A stretch of DNA of 64,000 nt from Turneriella sp. (GTDB lineage: Bacteria; Spirochaetota; Leptospiria; Turneriellales; Turneriellaceae), in contig CBDIID010000003.1 of NCBI GenBank assembly GCA_965279515.1, positions 1,504,001 through 1,568,000 of the forward strand, given 5' to 3'. This document shows, in pieces, positions 46,389 to 56,958 of the stretch (its first letter is position 1; each line of letters opens with the position of its first letter). The notes below the pieces were generated by a model. The model searched no databases. It was given only the letters and a program-made list of their open reading frames with translations, and was not told the DNA's origin. The position numbers and the translations under genes were made by a program.

Positions 46389-47820
46389 GGGGAACAAAAA
46401 GCAACGAAACGAGATTGCCACCGATAAAGGCAATCAACAGTAATTTGAGTACTCCGACGGCAGAAAATCCCGGTAAGAGCTGCGAGAAGAAAGTCGTAAA
46501 ACTGCCGAGCGGTTGTTTGGTGGCAAAGAAAAATGCAGCGAGCAGTAGCAGCAGCAACACAAGGCGTAGCAACTTTCGCCCGAGATCTGCGCGCGAAAAC
46601 GCCGAAACAAGCATCAGTGCGGCAAAAGCAAAAAACGCCGGCAGTGGATTGAAGAACAAAGCGATCGTCAAAAGCAGTTGCACCAGGATATGCAGGCCGG
46701 CGCGATTGAGTTCCGCGCGCAAAACATTTTTCTGCAGAATACGCACGGGAATAAAAACCGCCGGCAAAAGAAAAAGGGAAATCAATGCCACTGAGAAATC
46801 AGACTTCGCAAAACCCAGCACCACCTTAAGCAGCAACAGGTAGCCAAAAAAAGCAACTCCATAGAGCACCGCCGAAGTCAAAGCCGAACCGAGTTCGAGC
46901 CGCTCGCGGAATGTACCGAGCGCATTGGCAAACGGAATAAATGCCAGAAGCCAGAAGAGCACAGCGAGAATAAAAAAACCTGCGCGGTGCAGCTGGTAAT
47001 CGGCCGCAAGGTAGAGCGCAACGGGTTTCGTCGAAACCGCGGCCGCATTTTTTATGGCCGCGGGATGTTTGAGGAGCGGGTTTTGCTGCAACTCGGCTTC
47101 AGGCCCTGCGCTCCAGGTGGCCTTCACGGGCAGCACCGTATCGGGGCTTGAATCGGTAGCCAGCATTGCCATGGTATTTGCCCACAGCGTGCGTTCGCGC
47201 GTAAGAAAGGCGGGTTCAAAGTGCCGGCGTATTTTCAGGTTCTTGAGTTCGGGAATGCGGTCGTAATTGAGCGTCGCTTCGCCTGTCTGCACAATCACGG
47301 GTAGCTCAAAACCTTCAGCCATGAAGGCTGCGAGCGAGGCTTCTGTGTCGCAGGTCTTCGAACCGAAAATAAGACGCGCGTCGATTTGCGCTGCGGGATT
47401 CTGCGGCAGCAAGCGGTCTAAAAAGGTCAGTACGGCGAAAGCGCCCTGGCTTTTTTCATCGATCACCGTGACGGCGATGCCGTGCTGCTGACCGTTGCCA
47501 CGCGTGATGCGAATGGCTTTGCAACCCGCCGTTTTGTCTTCGCGCAGCTTATAACCATGTTTCTTTTCGAGGCGTTTGGCGTAGCCGGTGAGCACTTCCA
47601 TGTGGCTGCCCGCCTCGGCGTCGCGCAGTTCATAGAACATACCCTCGGCAAAACCATTGAGCGTTACCGGCAGTGGCGCCACAGGCTCTGTGGGAACTTT
47701 CTCTACCGAAGTAAAAAACAAGATACCGATCGTGACGACGGCGATGGTCGCCCACACGGCATAGAACTGGCCCCAGTCGGGCAACTTATAGCGGCGATTA
47801 TAAAATACCTTTTTCGCCAT
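46375..47820 (-). CDS. Hypothetical integral membrane protein
   Basis: N-terminal TM, soluble domain, about 7 C-terminal TM helices. Confidence 0.7.
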   Translation of the reverse strand: MAKKVFYNRRYKLPDWGQFYAVWATIAVVTIGILFFTSVEKVPTEPVAPLPVTLNGFAEGMFYELRDAEAGSHMEVLTGYAKRLEKKHGYKLREDKTAGCKAIRITRGNGQQHGIAVTVIDEKSQGAFAVLTFLDRLLPQNPAAQIDARLIFGSKTCDTEASLAAFMAEGFELPVIVQTGEATLNYDRIPELKNLKIRRHFEPAFLTRERTLWANTMAMLATDSSPDTVLPVKATWSAGPEAELQQNPLLKHPAAIKNAAAVSTKPVALYLAADYQLHRAGFFILAVLFWLLAFIPFANALGTFRERLELGSALTSAVLYGVAFFGYLLLLKVVLGFAKSDFSVALISLFLLPAVFIPVRILQKNVLRAELNRAGLHILVQLLLTIALFFNPLPAFFAFAALMLVSAFSRADLGRKLLRLVLLLLLLAAFFFATKQPLGSFTTFFSQLLPGFSAVGVLKLLLIAFIGGNLVSLLFVPRERV

Positions 47821-47910
47821 CTCAGGGCAGAGGCACGCGTGAAAATGCGCGGCAAAGCAAAATACTGGAGAATTTCTTTCCACCCTCGGCCGGTTTTATT
47901 ACCTTGAATC

Positions 47911-49434
47911 GTGCTTTCTATATTAGCTGGTATACTCCTTTTGGGCGTCTGTGTGTTTTTTCACGAGCTCGGTCACTTTGTGGTCGGCAAGCTGATGGGC
48001 GTAAAGCCGCGTGTGTTCTCGATCGGTTACGGCCGCGCGCTCTTTTTCCGCCGCCGCAAAAGCACAATTTACCAGATTACCGCAATTCCCCTCGGCGGTT
48101 ATGTGCAGTTCTATGGTGACGATCCCTCAAACCAGAAACGCAAGATGCGCAAGGGAGATTTCTTCTCGGTGGGCCCATGGCGCCGTATGGCATTGGCGTT
48201 CGGTGGCCCGATGTTCTCGGTGCTGCTCGGCTTCCTGGTCGTCTTCATTCTGCTGCAAACCGGCTACCGGCCGATGGACAATGTTGTGCGGGTCGACCCC
48301 AAGGGCGCGCTCTATAAGGCGGGCCTGCGCGACGGCGACCGCGTGACTTCTGTCGAAGGCAATGGCACGCCGTCCTTTGACCGTATCATCTATGAAGTGG
48401 GTTTTGCGCGCGGCGAAACTGTCGAGGCAACGATCGAACGCGCCGGCCAGCCCGTAAACCTAAACCTGCCTGTGCAGCGCTCCGAACCGGGCACCCCCGG
48501 CCTGTTAACGGGTGCCCGCCCACTCTCACGCCTGACCATGACCGAAGCCGGTCCCAAAGGTGTAGATTTAAGACCCGGCGACGAGATTCTGAAGGCCAAT
48601 GGCCAGACGCTCTATTCAATCGAAGATCTCATCCGTGTGCTGAACGCCCAGGACGCCGACACGGCTGAGTTAGATATTAACCGCCCCGACGGCAAGGGGG
48701 GATTCACCCCTGTGCACCAGACTGTGCCGCTGAAAAAAGTGCCACGCATTGTACTGAAGAATATTACCGACATTCAGACTGAAAAGGCCGTGCCTGAAAT
48801 CATTCTCGAAGACGGCGCCGGCAAAGATTTCCAGAATATCTTTGTCAATGGCGAGAGTTTCAGCACCTTTAAAGAATTCCATGCGGCCCTTGAAGCAGCA
48901 GATTTATCGGCGCTAAAACTGCGTATCGGCCCCGTCGAAGTCAAAGGCGATGTCGTGCTGACACACCGCAGCCAGATTGGCATCCGCCCTGCGGAAAAAC
49001 ACCTGAGCAGCCTGACCCAGCTTTCATTCTTGCGGCAAATTGTGCTCAGCGCTGACGAGACGATATTTATCACCAAGTCGACATTCGTCGGCCTGTGGCG
49101 CATCGTTCAGGGAAAACTTTCTTTCAACAAGAGTGTTTCAGGCCCCGTGAAAATGGTGGCGATCGCGGCAAAAACTGTCGAACTCGGCTGGCAGACATAC
49201 TTTCTGCTGATGGCGCAGATTACCATTATTCTCGGAGTGATGAACCTTTTACCGATTCCTGTTCTTGACGGCGGCCATATTCTTTTCTACTTTATTGAAG
49301 CGATCTATAAGCCGCTTTCATTCAAGGTGCAGGCCACGGCGACGCGTATCGGTATGGCCGTCATGCTCGCGATGGGTATCTACGTCATCGGTCTCGATAT
49401 TCTCGACGTCTTCGTGAAACGCGTGTTCGGCTAA
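47911..49434 (+). CDS. rseP: Site-2 (M50) metalloprotease with PDZ domains
   Basis: HELGH, IPLGGYV, GP, NLLPIPVLDGG. Confidence 0.92.
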   Translation: MLSILAGILLLGVCVFFHELGHFVVGKLMGVKPRVFSIGYGRALFFRRRKSTIYQITAIPLGGYVQFYGDDPSNQKRKMRKGDFFSVGPWRRMALAFGGPMFSVLLGFLVVFILLQTGYRPMDNVVRVDPKGALYKAGLRDGDRVTSVEGNGTPSFDRIIYEVGFARGETVEATIERAGQPVNLNLPVQRSEPGTPGLLTGARPLSRLTMTEAGPKGVDLRPGDEILKANGQTLYSIEDLIRVLNAQDADTAELDINRPDGKGGFTPVHQTVPLKKVPRIVLKNITDIQTEKAVPEIILEDGAGKDFQNIFVNGESFSTFKEFHAALEAADLSALKLRIGPVEVKGDVVLTHRSQIGIRPAEKHLSSLTQLSFLRQIVLSADETIFITKSTFVGLWRIVQGKLSFNKSVSGPVKMVAIAAKTVELGWQTYFLLMAQITIILGVMNLLPIPVLDGGHILFYFIEAIYKPLSFKVQATATRIGMAVMLAMGIYVIGLDILDVFVKRVFG

Positions 49435-49435
49435 C

Positions 49436-50740
49436 TCAGGCCTTTCGGCGGATACGATTTCCGGTTGCAACCCCGAGCACAAGCCAGGCGAAAAATAAGG
49501 CGCCATAGAGCGCGACGGAAAGCCAAGGGTTGAGGCCCGTCACGATATAAGGCGTCAGTAACGTGAGCAATCCCCCCGCGATAAAAGGTTGTGTGATGGC
49601 CGAGCTTTCGGCAAAGACACGCGCAGCGGGAGTCTTGAATCTCGGGTCGACCATCTTCAGCAGCATCAGCCCCGTCGCTGCAGTGCCGTTCAGCATACCG
49701 AAGTTGATGAGCCCCAGCTCAAAGCTATACGATACCGGCAACATTTTCGGCCGCACATAGAAGTGGCAAAAAACATTCCAGAGAAAACCCGCGGCGAATA
49801 CAGTCAGCAGCGGAATCAGGCTGTGCCCCAAGAGGCGAACGTCGATGATCGCAATGCCGGCAAAAATCAGAATCTCCAGGAAGACATCCGCCAATAGCAT
49901 CATGATACTGTTATCGATGAGCGCATCGGCACCGGTAAAATGGCAGAGCATGCGTACTGAATAGCCGCCCACCAGGGTGTAGGCAAAAAGCGGCAGACTG
50001 AAATTCCTGATCTTATCGGCTGCGACGAGGCGCGGCAGAATTTCATGTTCGACCGCACCTTTCAGGAAAAAGCCAAACCAGTATGCCGCGGCGATGAGCA
50101 GAAAACTGATCAAGAGCGAAGTGAGATCGATTGAGGCCCGGTTATCTTCGATGGGCGCCGATGATGTACCGGCGGCGACATTGCGGCGGTGCCGGTGATG
50201 AATGAGCCAGACCCCGCCGGCGATGCCGCAGATCAGCCCGACTGTGGCGCTGAAGAGGCCGTATTCGAGCCCGGCAGGAATGCCGTTCTGCACCAGTACC
50301 GGCCCCATCGCCACGGCTGTACCGTGACCACCGGCAAAACCGGTCTCCAGCACCGAGGTGAACGCCATCGGTTCGTTGAAATAAGGTTTAAAGATAAGGA
50401 TGGTTCCAATAAGTCCGATCAGGACCTGCCCCATCACCGATACCCAAACGAGCGAAGTCTGCGCGAGAATGTGCGTGAACGAGCGGCGCTCTTTATGCGA
50501 GGCGTCGTTGCGCTGCAGAAAAAGGCAGGCGAAGACAAGGGCGATGAACTCTGTGGGTAACGATTTTAAATGCAGAAAAAAGCCGCCGGTTTTTTCGGCT
50601 GGCAGCAATGTGAAATAAATCAGCACGACCAGGCCGATTGTCAGCGATGGCGGAATGCGGAAGCGGTCGAGAAACGTAATTTTTCTTCCGATGAGGGCGC
50701 TCACGCCCAAAAGTAAAAGAACAAGGAGAAAATATTGCAT
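49436..50740 (-). CDS. Sodium/glutamate symporter (GltS family)
   Basis: GFAGGHGTA, ATVGL, G..ATGLMLLKMVDP. Confidence 0.85.
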   Translation of the reverse strand: MQYFLLVLLLLGVSALIGRKITFLDRFRIPPSLTIGLVVLIYFTLLPAEKTGGFFLHLKSLPTEFIALVFACLFLQRNDASHKERRSFTHILAQTSLVWVSVMGQVLIGLIGTILIFKPYFNEPMAFTSVLETGFAGGHGTAVAMGPVLVQNGIPAGLEYGLFSATVGLICGIAGGVWLIHHRHRRNVAAGTSSAPIEDNRASIDLTSLLISFLLIAAAYWFGFFLKGAVEHEILPRLVAADKIRNFSLPLFAYTLVGGYSVRMLCHFTGADALIDNSIMMLLADVFLEILIFAGIAIIDVRLLGHSLIPLLTVFAAGFLWNVFCHFYVRPKMLPVSYSFELGLINFGMLNGTAATGLMLLKMVDPRFKTPAARVFAESSAITQPFIAGGLLTLLTPYIVTGLNPWLSVALYGALFFAWLVLGVATGNRIRRKA

Positions 50741-50785
50741 GTTTAACCCGGCGGAGTCTTGTGAGCCCCGTCGGAGCGTAAACCC

Positions 50786-53662
50786 CTAATCCGTATCTTT
50801 TTTCAGCCAACGCTTGAGGTATTTACCCGTCAGCGAGTTTTTATGCTTCGCAATCTCTTCGGGCGTCCCCGATGCCAACACCTCGCCGCCCTTGACGCCG
50901 CCCTCAGGGCCCATGTCGATGATGTAGTCGGCGCATTTGATGACATCCATGTTGTGTTCGATCACAACCACGGTATTGCCTTCGTCGACGAAACGCTCGA
51001 GAATATTCATCAGCAGGCGGATATCCTCAAAGTGCAGCCCCGTCGTGGGTTCGTCGAGAATGTAGAGCGTTTTCCCGGTAGAGCGACGGGAGAGCTCCGT
51101 GGCGAGTTTGACGCGCTGCGCTTCGCCGCCCGAGAGCGTGGTGGCAGCCTGCCCGAGCTTGATGTAACCTAAACCGACATCGAAAAGCGCCTTGAGCTTC
51201 GCGTGGATCGCCGGCACCGCCTGGAAAAAATCGACCGCCTCTTCGACGGCCATGTCGAGCACTTCGTAGATGTTCTTGTTCTTAAAACGCACTTCGAGCG
51301 TTTCCTGGTTATAGCGTTTTCCCTGGCAGACTTCGCAGCGTACATAGACGTCGCTTAGAAAGTGCATCTCGATGCGTTTGACGCCGTCCCCATCGCAGGC
51401 TTCGCAGCGGCCGCCCTCGACGTTGAATGAAAAACGACCGGCTTTATAGCCGCGCATCTGGCTCGCCGGCAGCGCGGCAAAAACATCGCGGATCGGCCCG
51501 AAGGCGCCGGTATAGGTCGCAGCATTCGAACGCGGTGTGCGGCCAATAGGGCTTTGGTCGATGTTGATAATCTTATCGATGTTCTCTGTGCCGGTGATGG
51601 CCTTGTGTTTGCCCGGCAGATCTTGCGCTCCCATGAGCTTCTTATTGATACCTTTATAAAGGATTTCATTGACCAGGGAGCTTTTTCCGCTGCCGGATAA
51701 ACCCGTGACTACCGTGAGTACCGAAAGCGGAAAATCGACGTCGATGTTCTTGAGATTGTTTTCCTGCGCGCCGGTGACGCGAATCTTCAACTCGCCGGGT
51801 TTGCGGCGCGTCTCAGGAATCTCAATCCGCTTTTTACCTGTGAGGTAGTCAGCGGTGAGTGAATTTTTTGCCTTGGTCAGTTGCGCATACGTACCCGCAA
51901 ACACGACATTGCCACCGTGGCGCCCGGCGCCCGGGCCCATATCGACGATGTAGTCGGCCTCTTGCATTGTCTCTTCGTCGTGTTCCACGACGACGATGGT
52001 ATTACCGAGATCGCGCAAACCCTTGAGTGTCGAGATGAGTTTTGCGTTATCGGACTGGTGCAGGCCAATCGAAGGTTCGTCGAGTACGTAAAGCACTCCC
52101 ATGAGCGCAGAACCGATCTGCGTCGCGAGGCGAATGCGTTGCGCTTCGCCTCCGGAAAGGGACCCCGCAATTCTATCCAACGTCAGATAACCGACGCCGA
52201 CAGAGTTCAGAAAGCGCAGGCGGTCGAAAATTTCTTTCATCGCCTGTTTGGCAATCTCTGTCTCCGTCTTATTGAAGTTCATCTTCTGGAAATAATCCAG
52301 CGCGGTTTCGAGCGTCAGTGCCGTCGTCTCGGCAATGTTCTTGCCTTTGAGTTTGACCGCGAGCGCGACAGGCTTCAGCCGCTTACCCTTGCAGACGGGG
52401 CATGGCATCTGCTCCATGTATTGTTCCATCTTCTGGCGCATGCCTTCAGACTGCGTCTGCATATAACGGCGGTGCAGGTTGGGAATGATACCCTCATAAC
52501 CGCGCGAGAACTGGTAGGTGCTGTCTGAGCCCTTCCATTCATAGTCGAGCTTGAGGGATTTATCGCCATAAAGCAGGAGATCCATCGTCTTCTTCGGCAG
52601 TTTTCGCCACGGCGTATTCGGGTCGAATGATACCTTCTTGCGCAGGGCATCGATCGAGGCCTTGTACCAGTAGCCATCGCCCGAAAAGCCAAGGCCATCC
52701 CCCAAACCCTCGCGTACGGTCTGTTTGTCGTCGCGGATCAGGCGGTCGGGATGAAACTCGAGCATATGCCCGAGGCCACTGCAGCTTTCGCAGGCGCCGT
52801 CGGGAGAATTAAACGAGAACAAGCGGTGTGTGATTTCGGGAAAACTCAGGTCACAGGCGGAGCAATAGAGCTTTGCGGAAAAGCTTTCTTCGCTCTGTTT
52901 ACCATCCTCGCCTTCGAAGAGTATGCTCGCCTGCCCGCCGCCTGCAGCCTGTTTGAGCGCGAGCTCCAGCGAGCCGGCAAGATGCATGCGCTGCGACTGC
53001 AGGTTTTCTTTTTCGAGCACCAGGCGGTCGACGACGATGTCGATGTCGTGTTTCTGGTTTTTCTTGAGTTCGATCTCTTCGTCTAAACTTCGAATCTGCC
53101 CGTTCACGCGCACGCGCACGAAACCGTCTTTCTGGATACGCTCGAATTCATGCTTGAACTCGCCCTTTTTGCTGCGGGCAATGGGAGAGAGAATCTGCGT
53201 GCGGAATGATTTCGCCTTGGGCATGCGGTCGAAAATGCCGAAGACATGGGCAACCATGGTGTCGATCGACTGCGCCTCAAGCCGGGCGCCGCATTCGGGG
53301 CAATGCGGTTCGCCGAGGCGGGCGAACAAGAGGCGCAGATAATCATAAATTTCGGTGACGGTACCGACAGTCGAACGGGGATTACGCGCCGTGGTTTTTT
53401 GCTCAATCGAGATCGCAGGGCTTAAACCCTCGATCGAATCAACGTCGGGCTTTTCGAGCTGGCCTAAGAACTGCCGCGCATAGGCAGAGAGCGATTCGAC
53501 ATAACGCCGCTGGCCTTCGGCATAGATGGTATCGAAAGCCAGCGAGCTTTTGCCGCTGCCGGATAGCCCCGTGATGACGACGAGTTTCTCGCGCGGTATT
53601 TCGAGCGAGATATTCTTGAGGTTATGCTCGCGCGCGCCCGTAATTTTTATCGAAGGGGGCAC
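50786..53662 (-). CDS. uvrA: Excinuclease ABC subunit A
   Basis: GAREHNLKN, two GLSGSGKS Walker A motifs, LSGGEAQR x2, Zn fingers. Confidence 0.98.
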   Translation of the reverse strand: MPPSIKITGAREHNLKNISLEIPREKLVVITGLSGSGKSSLAFDTIYAEGQRRYVESLSAYARQFLGQLEKPDVDSIEGLSPAISIEQKTTARNPRSTVGTVTEIYDYLRLLFARLGEPHCPECGARLEAQSIDTMVAHVFGIFDRMPKAKSFRTQILSPIARSKKGEFKHEFERIQKDGFVRVRVNGQIRSLDEEIELKKNQKHDIDIVVDRLVLEKENLQSQRMHLAGSLELALKQAAGGGQASILFEGEDGKQSEESFSAKLYCSACDLSFPEITHRLFSFNSPDGACESCSGLGHMLEFHPDRLIRDDKQTVREGLGDGLGFSGDGYWYKASIDALRKKVSFDPNTPWRKLPKKTMDLLLYGDKSLKLDYEWKGSDSTYQFSRGYEGIIPNLHRRYMQTQSEGMRQKMEQYMEQMPCPVCKGKRLKPVALAVKLKGKNIAETTALTLETALDYFQKMNFNKTETEIAKQAMKEIFDRLRFLNSVGVGYLTLDRIAGSLSGGEAQRIRLATQIGSALMGVLYVLDEPSIGLHQSDNAKLISTLKGLRDLGNTIVVVEHDEETMQEADYIVDMGPGAGRHGGNVVFAGTYAQLTKAKNSLTADYLTGKKRIEIPETRRKPGELKIRVTGAQENNLKNIDVDFPLSVLTVVTGLSGSGKSSLVNEILYKGINKKLMGAQDLPGKHKAITGTENIDKIINIDQSPIGRTPRSNAATYTGAFGPIRDVFAALPASQMRGYKAGRFSFNVEGGRCEACDGDGVKRIEMHFLSDVYVRCEVCQGKRYNQETLEVRFKNKNIYEVLDMAVEEAVDFFQAVPAIHAKLKALFDVGLGYIKLGQAATTLSGGEAQRVKLATELSRRSTGKTLYILDEPTTGLHFEDIRLLMNILERFVDEGNTVVVIEHNMDVIKCADYIIDMGPEGGVKGGEVLASGTPEEIAKHKNSLTGKYLKRWLKKDTD

Positions 53663-53663
53663 G

Positions 53664-54557
53664 TTAAGAGGGGAACTCCACGTATTTGCCGATGTATTGC
53701 AGAAATTTTTCCGAAGCGCGCTGCGGCCGTGCGCGTGACAACGATACGATCAGCTGCTCGTCGCGCATCGAGATCAACAGCTTGCCGTTGTGCATGACAT
53801 CTTGCCGAAACCAGTAGCGGATTTTATCGATGCGTTCGATCCATGTCATCACCTGTAGTGTATGTCCTGCTCTCGCATGGATGCCATCCATGCCAGGTCG
53901 AGCCTCGGCACCTCCTGTGCCATCGGCAGGACCTTCGGCAAAAAAATTCGCGACACTGCCCATAAAAAACGACGTCGTATCGAGCTCGACAATCTTTTCA
54001 TAGGTGAGGCCGATCTGTTCGACGAACATCCAGCGGCCTTCTTCAAAGATCTTCCATAGCGAGGCGACGTTGTATTTACCCGCGAAATCACGGTCGGCAT
54101 AAGGCAGCTTGTATTGCCCGACGATGCGCTCACCCTTGCCCGACCAGGGTTTTAGCGGCTCATACAAGACGGGCTCTTTGCCTTCGGCTGCAGGCAGTTC
54201 CACAACGAGAAAATCAGAACCGCGCACCGGATATGTGAGCTGCTGCAGGTGGCAGACCAGTTCACCGCCCTTCTCAAAAATTTTCTGGTCCCAGTGGATA
54301 TTGCCGCCGCTTTCAGGAAAAGCGTGGGTCTCTATCCTGAGTTCTGCGCCGGGAAACTGCTGGCGGTGGAATTTGACATAACCCGAAAGCGGGTTGAGGT
54401 AAATTTGTTCGTTTTTGACCTGCTCAAAGGGGATACCCAGTTTTTCGAGCAGCCGGTAACGGCCTTCGAGTGCAAACGATTCATATGTCCTGCTCGTCAC
54501 ATGCCGCTGCGTGTCGAGGTCGGCAAAACGTGTCGTGGCGAAATATTCGTCGCGCAT
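53664..54557 (-). CDS. Tandem hot-dog (4HBT-like) thioesterase
   Basis: [11 protein letters not shown]...EGR and second repeat YADRD...FEEGRW. Confidence 0.78.
   Translation of the reverse strand: MRDEYFATTRFADLDTQRHVTSRTYESFALEGRYRLLEKLGIPFEQVKNEQIYLNPLSGYVKFHRQQFPGAELRIETHAFPESGGNIHWDQKIFEKGGELVCHLQQLTYPVRGSDFLVVELPAAEGKEPVLYEPLKPWSGKGERIVGQYKLPYADRDFAGKYNVASLWKIFEEGRWMFVEQIGLTYEKIVELDTTSFFMGSVANFFAEGPADGTGGAEARPGMDGIHARAGHTLQVMTWIERIDKIRYWFRQDVMHNGKLLISMRDEQLIVSLSRARPQRASEKFLQYIGKYVEFPS
53872..53939 (-). repeat. In-frame GGA-loop hairpin element in the thioesterase
   Basis: Minus strand: GCCGAAGGTC..GGCACAGGAGGTGCC..GACCT-GGCATGGATGGCATCCATGC. Confidence 0.7.
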
Positions 54558-54560
54558 AAG

Positions 54561-55760
54561 TCAATCCGCCTTCTCTTTGAAGTAGATATCGAGAATCGTA
54601 ATTTCAAGACGCGTACCGATACGCACGGGTGCACCCCAATAACCGGTGCCATCGTTGACATAGACCAGCATATTGCCGAAACGATAAAGACCGCTGGCGA
54701 ACCGGTAGACCAGGTGCACGACCCACGACCAGGGAATATACTGACCGCCATGCGTGTGCCCCGAAAGCATAAGGTCATAGTTTTGCTTCTGCGCGCTCTT
54801 CGCGAAGATCGGCTGGTGAGCGAGTAGAATCGCTAAATCAGACTTCTCGCGGTCTGGAACTCTTGGCAGCTCTTCGGCAAAACGCGCGGCGGTGGGATCG
54901 CTCACTCCGGAAACAAAAACTTTCGTACCGGCGATATCGATCGTTTCACCGCGGTTGATCACCGGCTTGAATTTGAGTTTCTTAAACTCCGCAAGCCAGT
55001 TTTGCATACCCCAGTAATATTCATGGTTACCGGGAATGTAATACGTACCGTGCTTTGCCTGAATGCCCGCAAGCGGCGCGGCATCTTCGGCGAGCGTTGC
55101 AAGATTGCCGTCGCCGATGTCGCCGGTGAAACAGGCAAAGTCAGGCTGCGCTGCATTGATCTTGGCGACGACCCTGGTGACATATTCTTTTTTAATCGCC
55201 CGGCCGATGTGCAGGTCACTGACCTGCGCAATGCGGATTTTCTCTGCGCCGTGTTTATGTTTTTTAAAACGCGGCCGGCGTTTCAACTTACCATGCAACG
55301 GAAAGACAAGTTTAACAAAGCGGTAACGCGGCCCGCGCGCGACGGTGACGCGACCCCAGACAAAATAGAGCAACGCCAGACTGGCAATGAGCAGGGAAAA
55401 AACAGAATCCAGGGTAAAGCCGCGCGGCAGCGCGACAAGGGTGCTCACCTGCCATGCCTGCGGCAATACACCGAAGATAAACCGCACAAATTCACTGAGC
55501 GCAGTGAAAAGCAACAGCAAACTGAGGATGCCCATGAGATTATATGCACTGGCCTCGAGCAGTTTGGTTGCCGCCCCGCCTTTTTGCGGTCTCTGCCATC
55601 TCTTAAAGGGCAGCCAGAGCAGGTTGGCTATCATTGCACCGAGAATAATCCAGATCGCCAGGCGCACAGGCAGCGGCCAGACGGGGGCAACGAGGCGGTG
55701 GCCCAGGTAGACAAAACCCAGCAACACTAAAATGGTCGCCGTGATGAGAAAGCGGTACAT
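54561..55760 (-). CDS. Membrane-anchored metallophosphoesterase (YkuE-like)
   Basis: SDLH, TGD..D, PGNHEYY, LAHQP, SGHTHGGQ. Confidence 0.9.
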   Translation of the reverse strand: MYRFLITATILVLLGFVYLGHRLVAPVWPLPVRLAIWIILGAMIANLLWLPFKRWQRPQKGGAATKLLEASAYNLMGILSLLLLFTALSEFVRFIFGVLPQAWQVSTLVALPRGFTLDSVFSLLIASLALLYFVWGRVTVARGPRYRFVKLVFPLHGKLKRRPRFKKHKHGAEKIRIAQVSDLHIGRAIKKEYVTRVVAKINAAQPDFACFTGDIGDGNLATLAEDAAPLAGIQAKHGTYYIPGNHEYYWGMQNWLAEFKKLKFKPVINRGETIDIAGTKVFVSGVSDPTAARFAEELPRVPDREKSDLAILLAHQPIFAKSAQKQNYDLMLSGHTHGGQYIPWSWVVHLVYRFASGLYRFGNMLVYVNDGTGYWGAPVRIGTRLEITILDIYFKEKAD

Positions 55761-55841
55761 TATGTGCTAAGTTAGGTAATTTCCTATCGGGCGCACAATT
55801 TGCGCTCCATAGAAAATGACCCAACCCGAAAGGGAGACATT

Positions 55842-56588
55842 GTGGAAACGAGTAATTCAGAAACCGGACGACAAAAGCTTTTGGAGGATTTCCTCACGCG
55901 GGAAAATCTGCCGGCGAAAGCGCTGTCCAATCTCAACATTGCGCTGACGCATAAGAGCTACAGCAATGAATTCCGCCAGGGACATGATCCGGCTCTCGAC
56001 AAGCACAACCAGCGCATGGAATTTCTCGGCGATTCTGTTTTGGGCCTCGTGATCGCGCACCATTTCTATGCCTCGAAGCGCAAGACCGCCGAGGGTGGCC
56101 TCACACGACTCAAGGCGATGACCGTCTGCGAATCCGCTCTCAAAAAAATCGCCGACCGCCTCGAGCTCGGCAAAATGCTGCGCATGGGCAAAGGCGAGAT
56201 TGCCACCGGCGGCCTGACACGCACCTCAAATCTCGCCGACGCGATGGAAGCGGTGATCGGGGCGATTTACCTGAGCGCCGGCTTTGAAACTGCGCAGACC
56301 TTTGTACTGCGCCATTTCAGCGAAATTCTCGACAACCCTGAAACGGTTGAAGGCAGCAAAGACTTCAAATCAACGCTGCAGGAGTACCTGGCGAAAAAAA
56401 ATCACCAGCGTCCCGAATATGAGCTCGTGGGCGCCGAGGGGCCAGACCATGATAAGAAGTTTACGATTGCCCTCGTTATCGAAGGCAAAAAGAAATCCGA
56501 AGGCATTGCGCGTACGCGCAAGCAGGCAGAGCAGAACGCCGCGCAGGCGTATCTCGAAGGGTTAAACCAGAAAGTAAAAGTACACTAA
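55842..56588 (+). CDS. rnc: Ribonuclease III
   Basis: ALTHKSY, NQRMEFLGDSVL, ADAMEAVIGA, dsRBD KSTLQE..GPDH..AEQNAA; GGGAGA RBS then GTG 55842. Confidence 0.96.
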   Translation: METSNSETGRQKLLEDFLTRENLPAKALSNLNIALTHKSYSNEFRQGHDPALDKHNQRMEFLGDSVLGLVIAHHFYASKRKTAEGGLTRLKAMTVCESALKKIADRLELGKMLRMGKGEIATGGLTRTSNLADAMEAVIGAIYLSAGFETAQTFVLRHFSEILDNPETVEGSKDFKSTLQEYLAKKNHQRPEYELVGAEGPDHDKKFTIALVIEGKKKSEGIARTRKQAEQNAAQAYLEGLNQKVKVH

Positions 56589-56759
56589 TTAAGCGTAAGT
56601 ATCAACGGCTGAGCTTGTACCCGCGGCCTGTTCCATTTCAGCGCCGACAGTTTTCAGCATTTTGTCGTCCAGGGCGATTTTGGCATCGGTCATTTGGCGC
56701 AGAACCTGCCCCATTTCCTGGATGTTCGAGGCGATGTTGGCGACGGGATTGATGTTCAT
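56589..56759 (-). CDS. Small protein, YjfB-like (56 aa; not in the ORF track)
   Basis: MNINPVANIASNIQEMGQVLRQMTDAKIALDDKMLKTVGAEMEQAAGTSSAVDTYA*; the stop abuts the rnc stop. Confidence 0.65.
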   Translation of the reverse strand: MNINPVANIASNIQEMGQVLRQMTDAKIALDDKMLKTVGAEMEQAAGTSSAVDTYA

Positions 56760-56958
56760 CTTTAATTGTCGTTACCCCGGAGGGTAAACTTGAATAGGGA
56801 TCGTCTGGTTTTTCGACGGATTGCCCGTGATGTTGCGTTTTCGCCGCCTTTATGTTTCCCTCAAGCGAGATCGCAAGGCTTCATGGGTCAACTGCCAACG
56901 ATCTCAGCTTTACCCCAAAAAATAATATCCCCATCACAATTCCTTTTTACCAATACCT

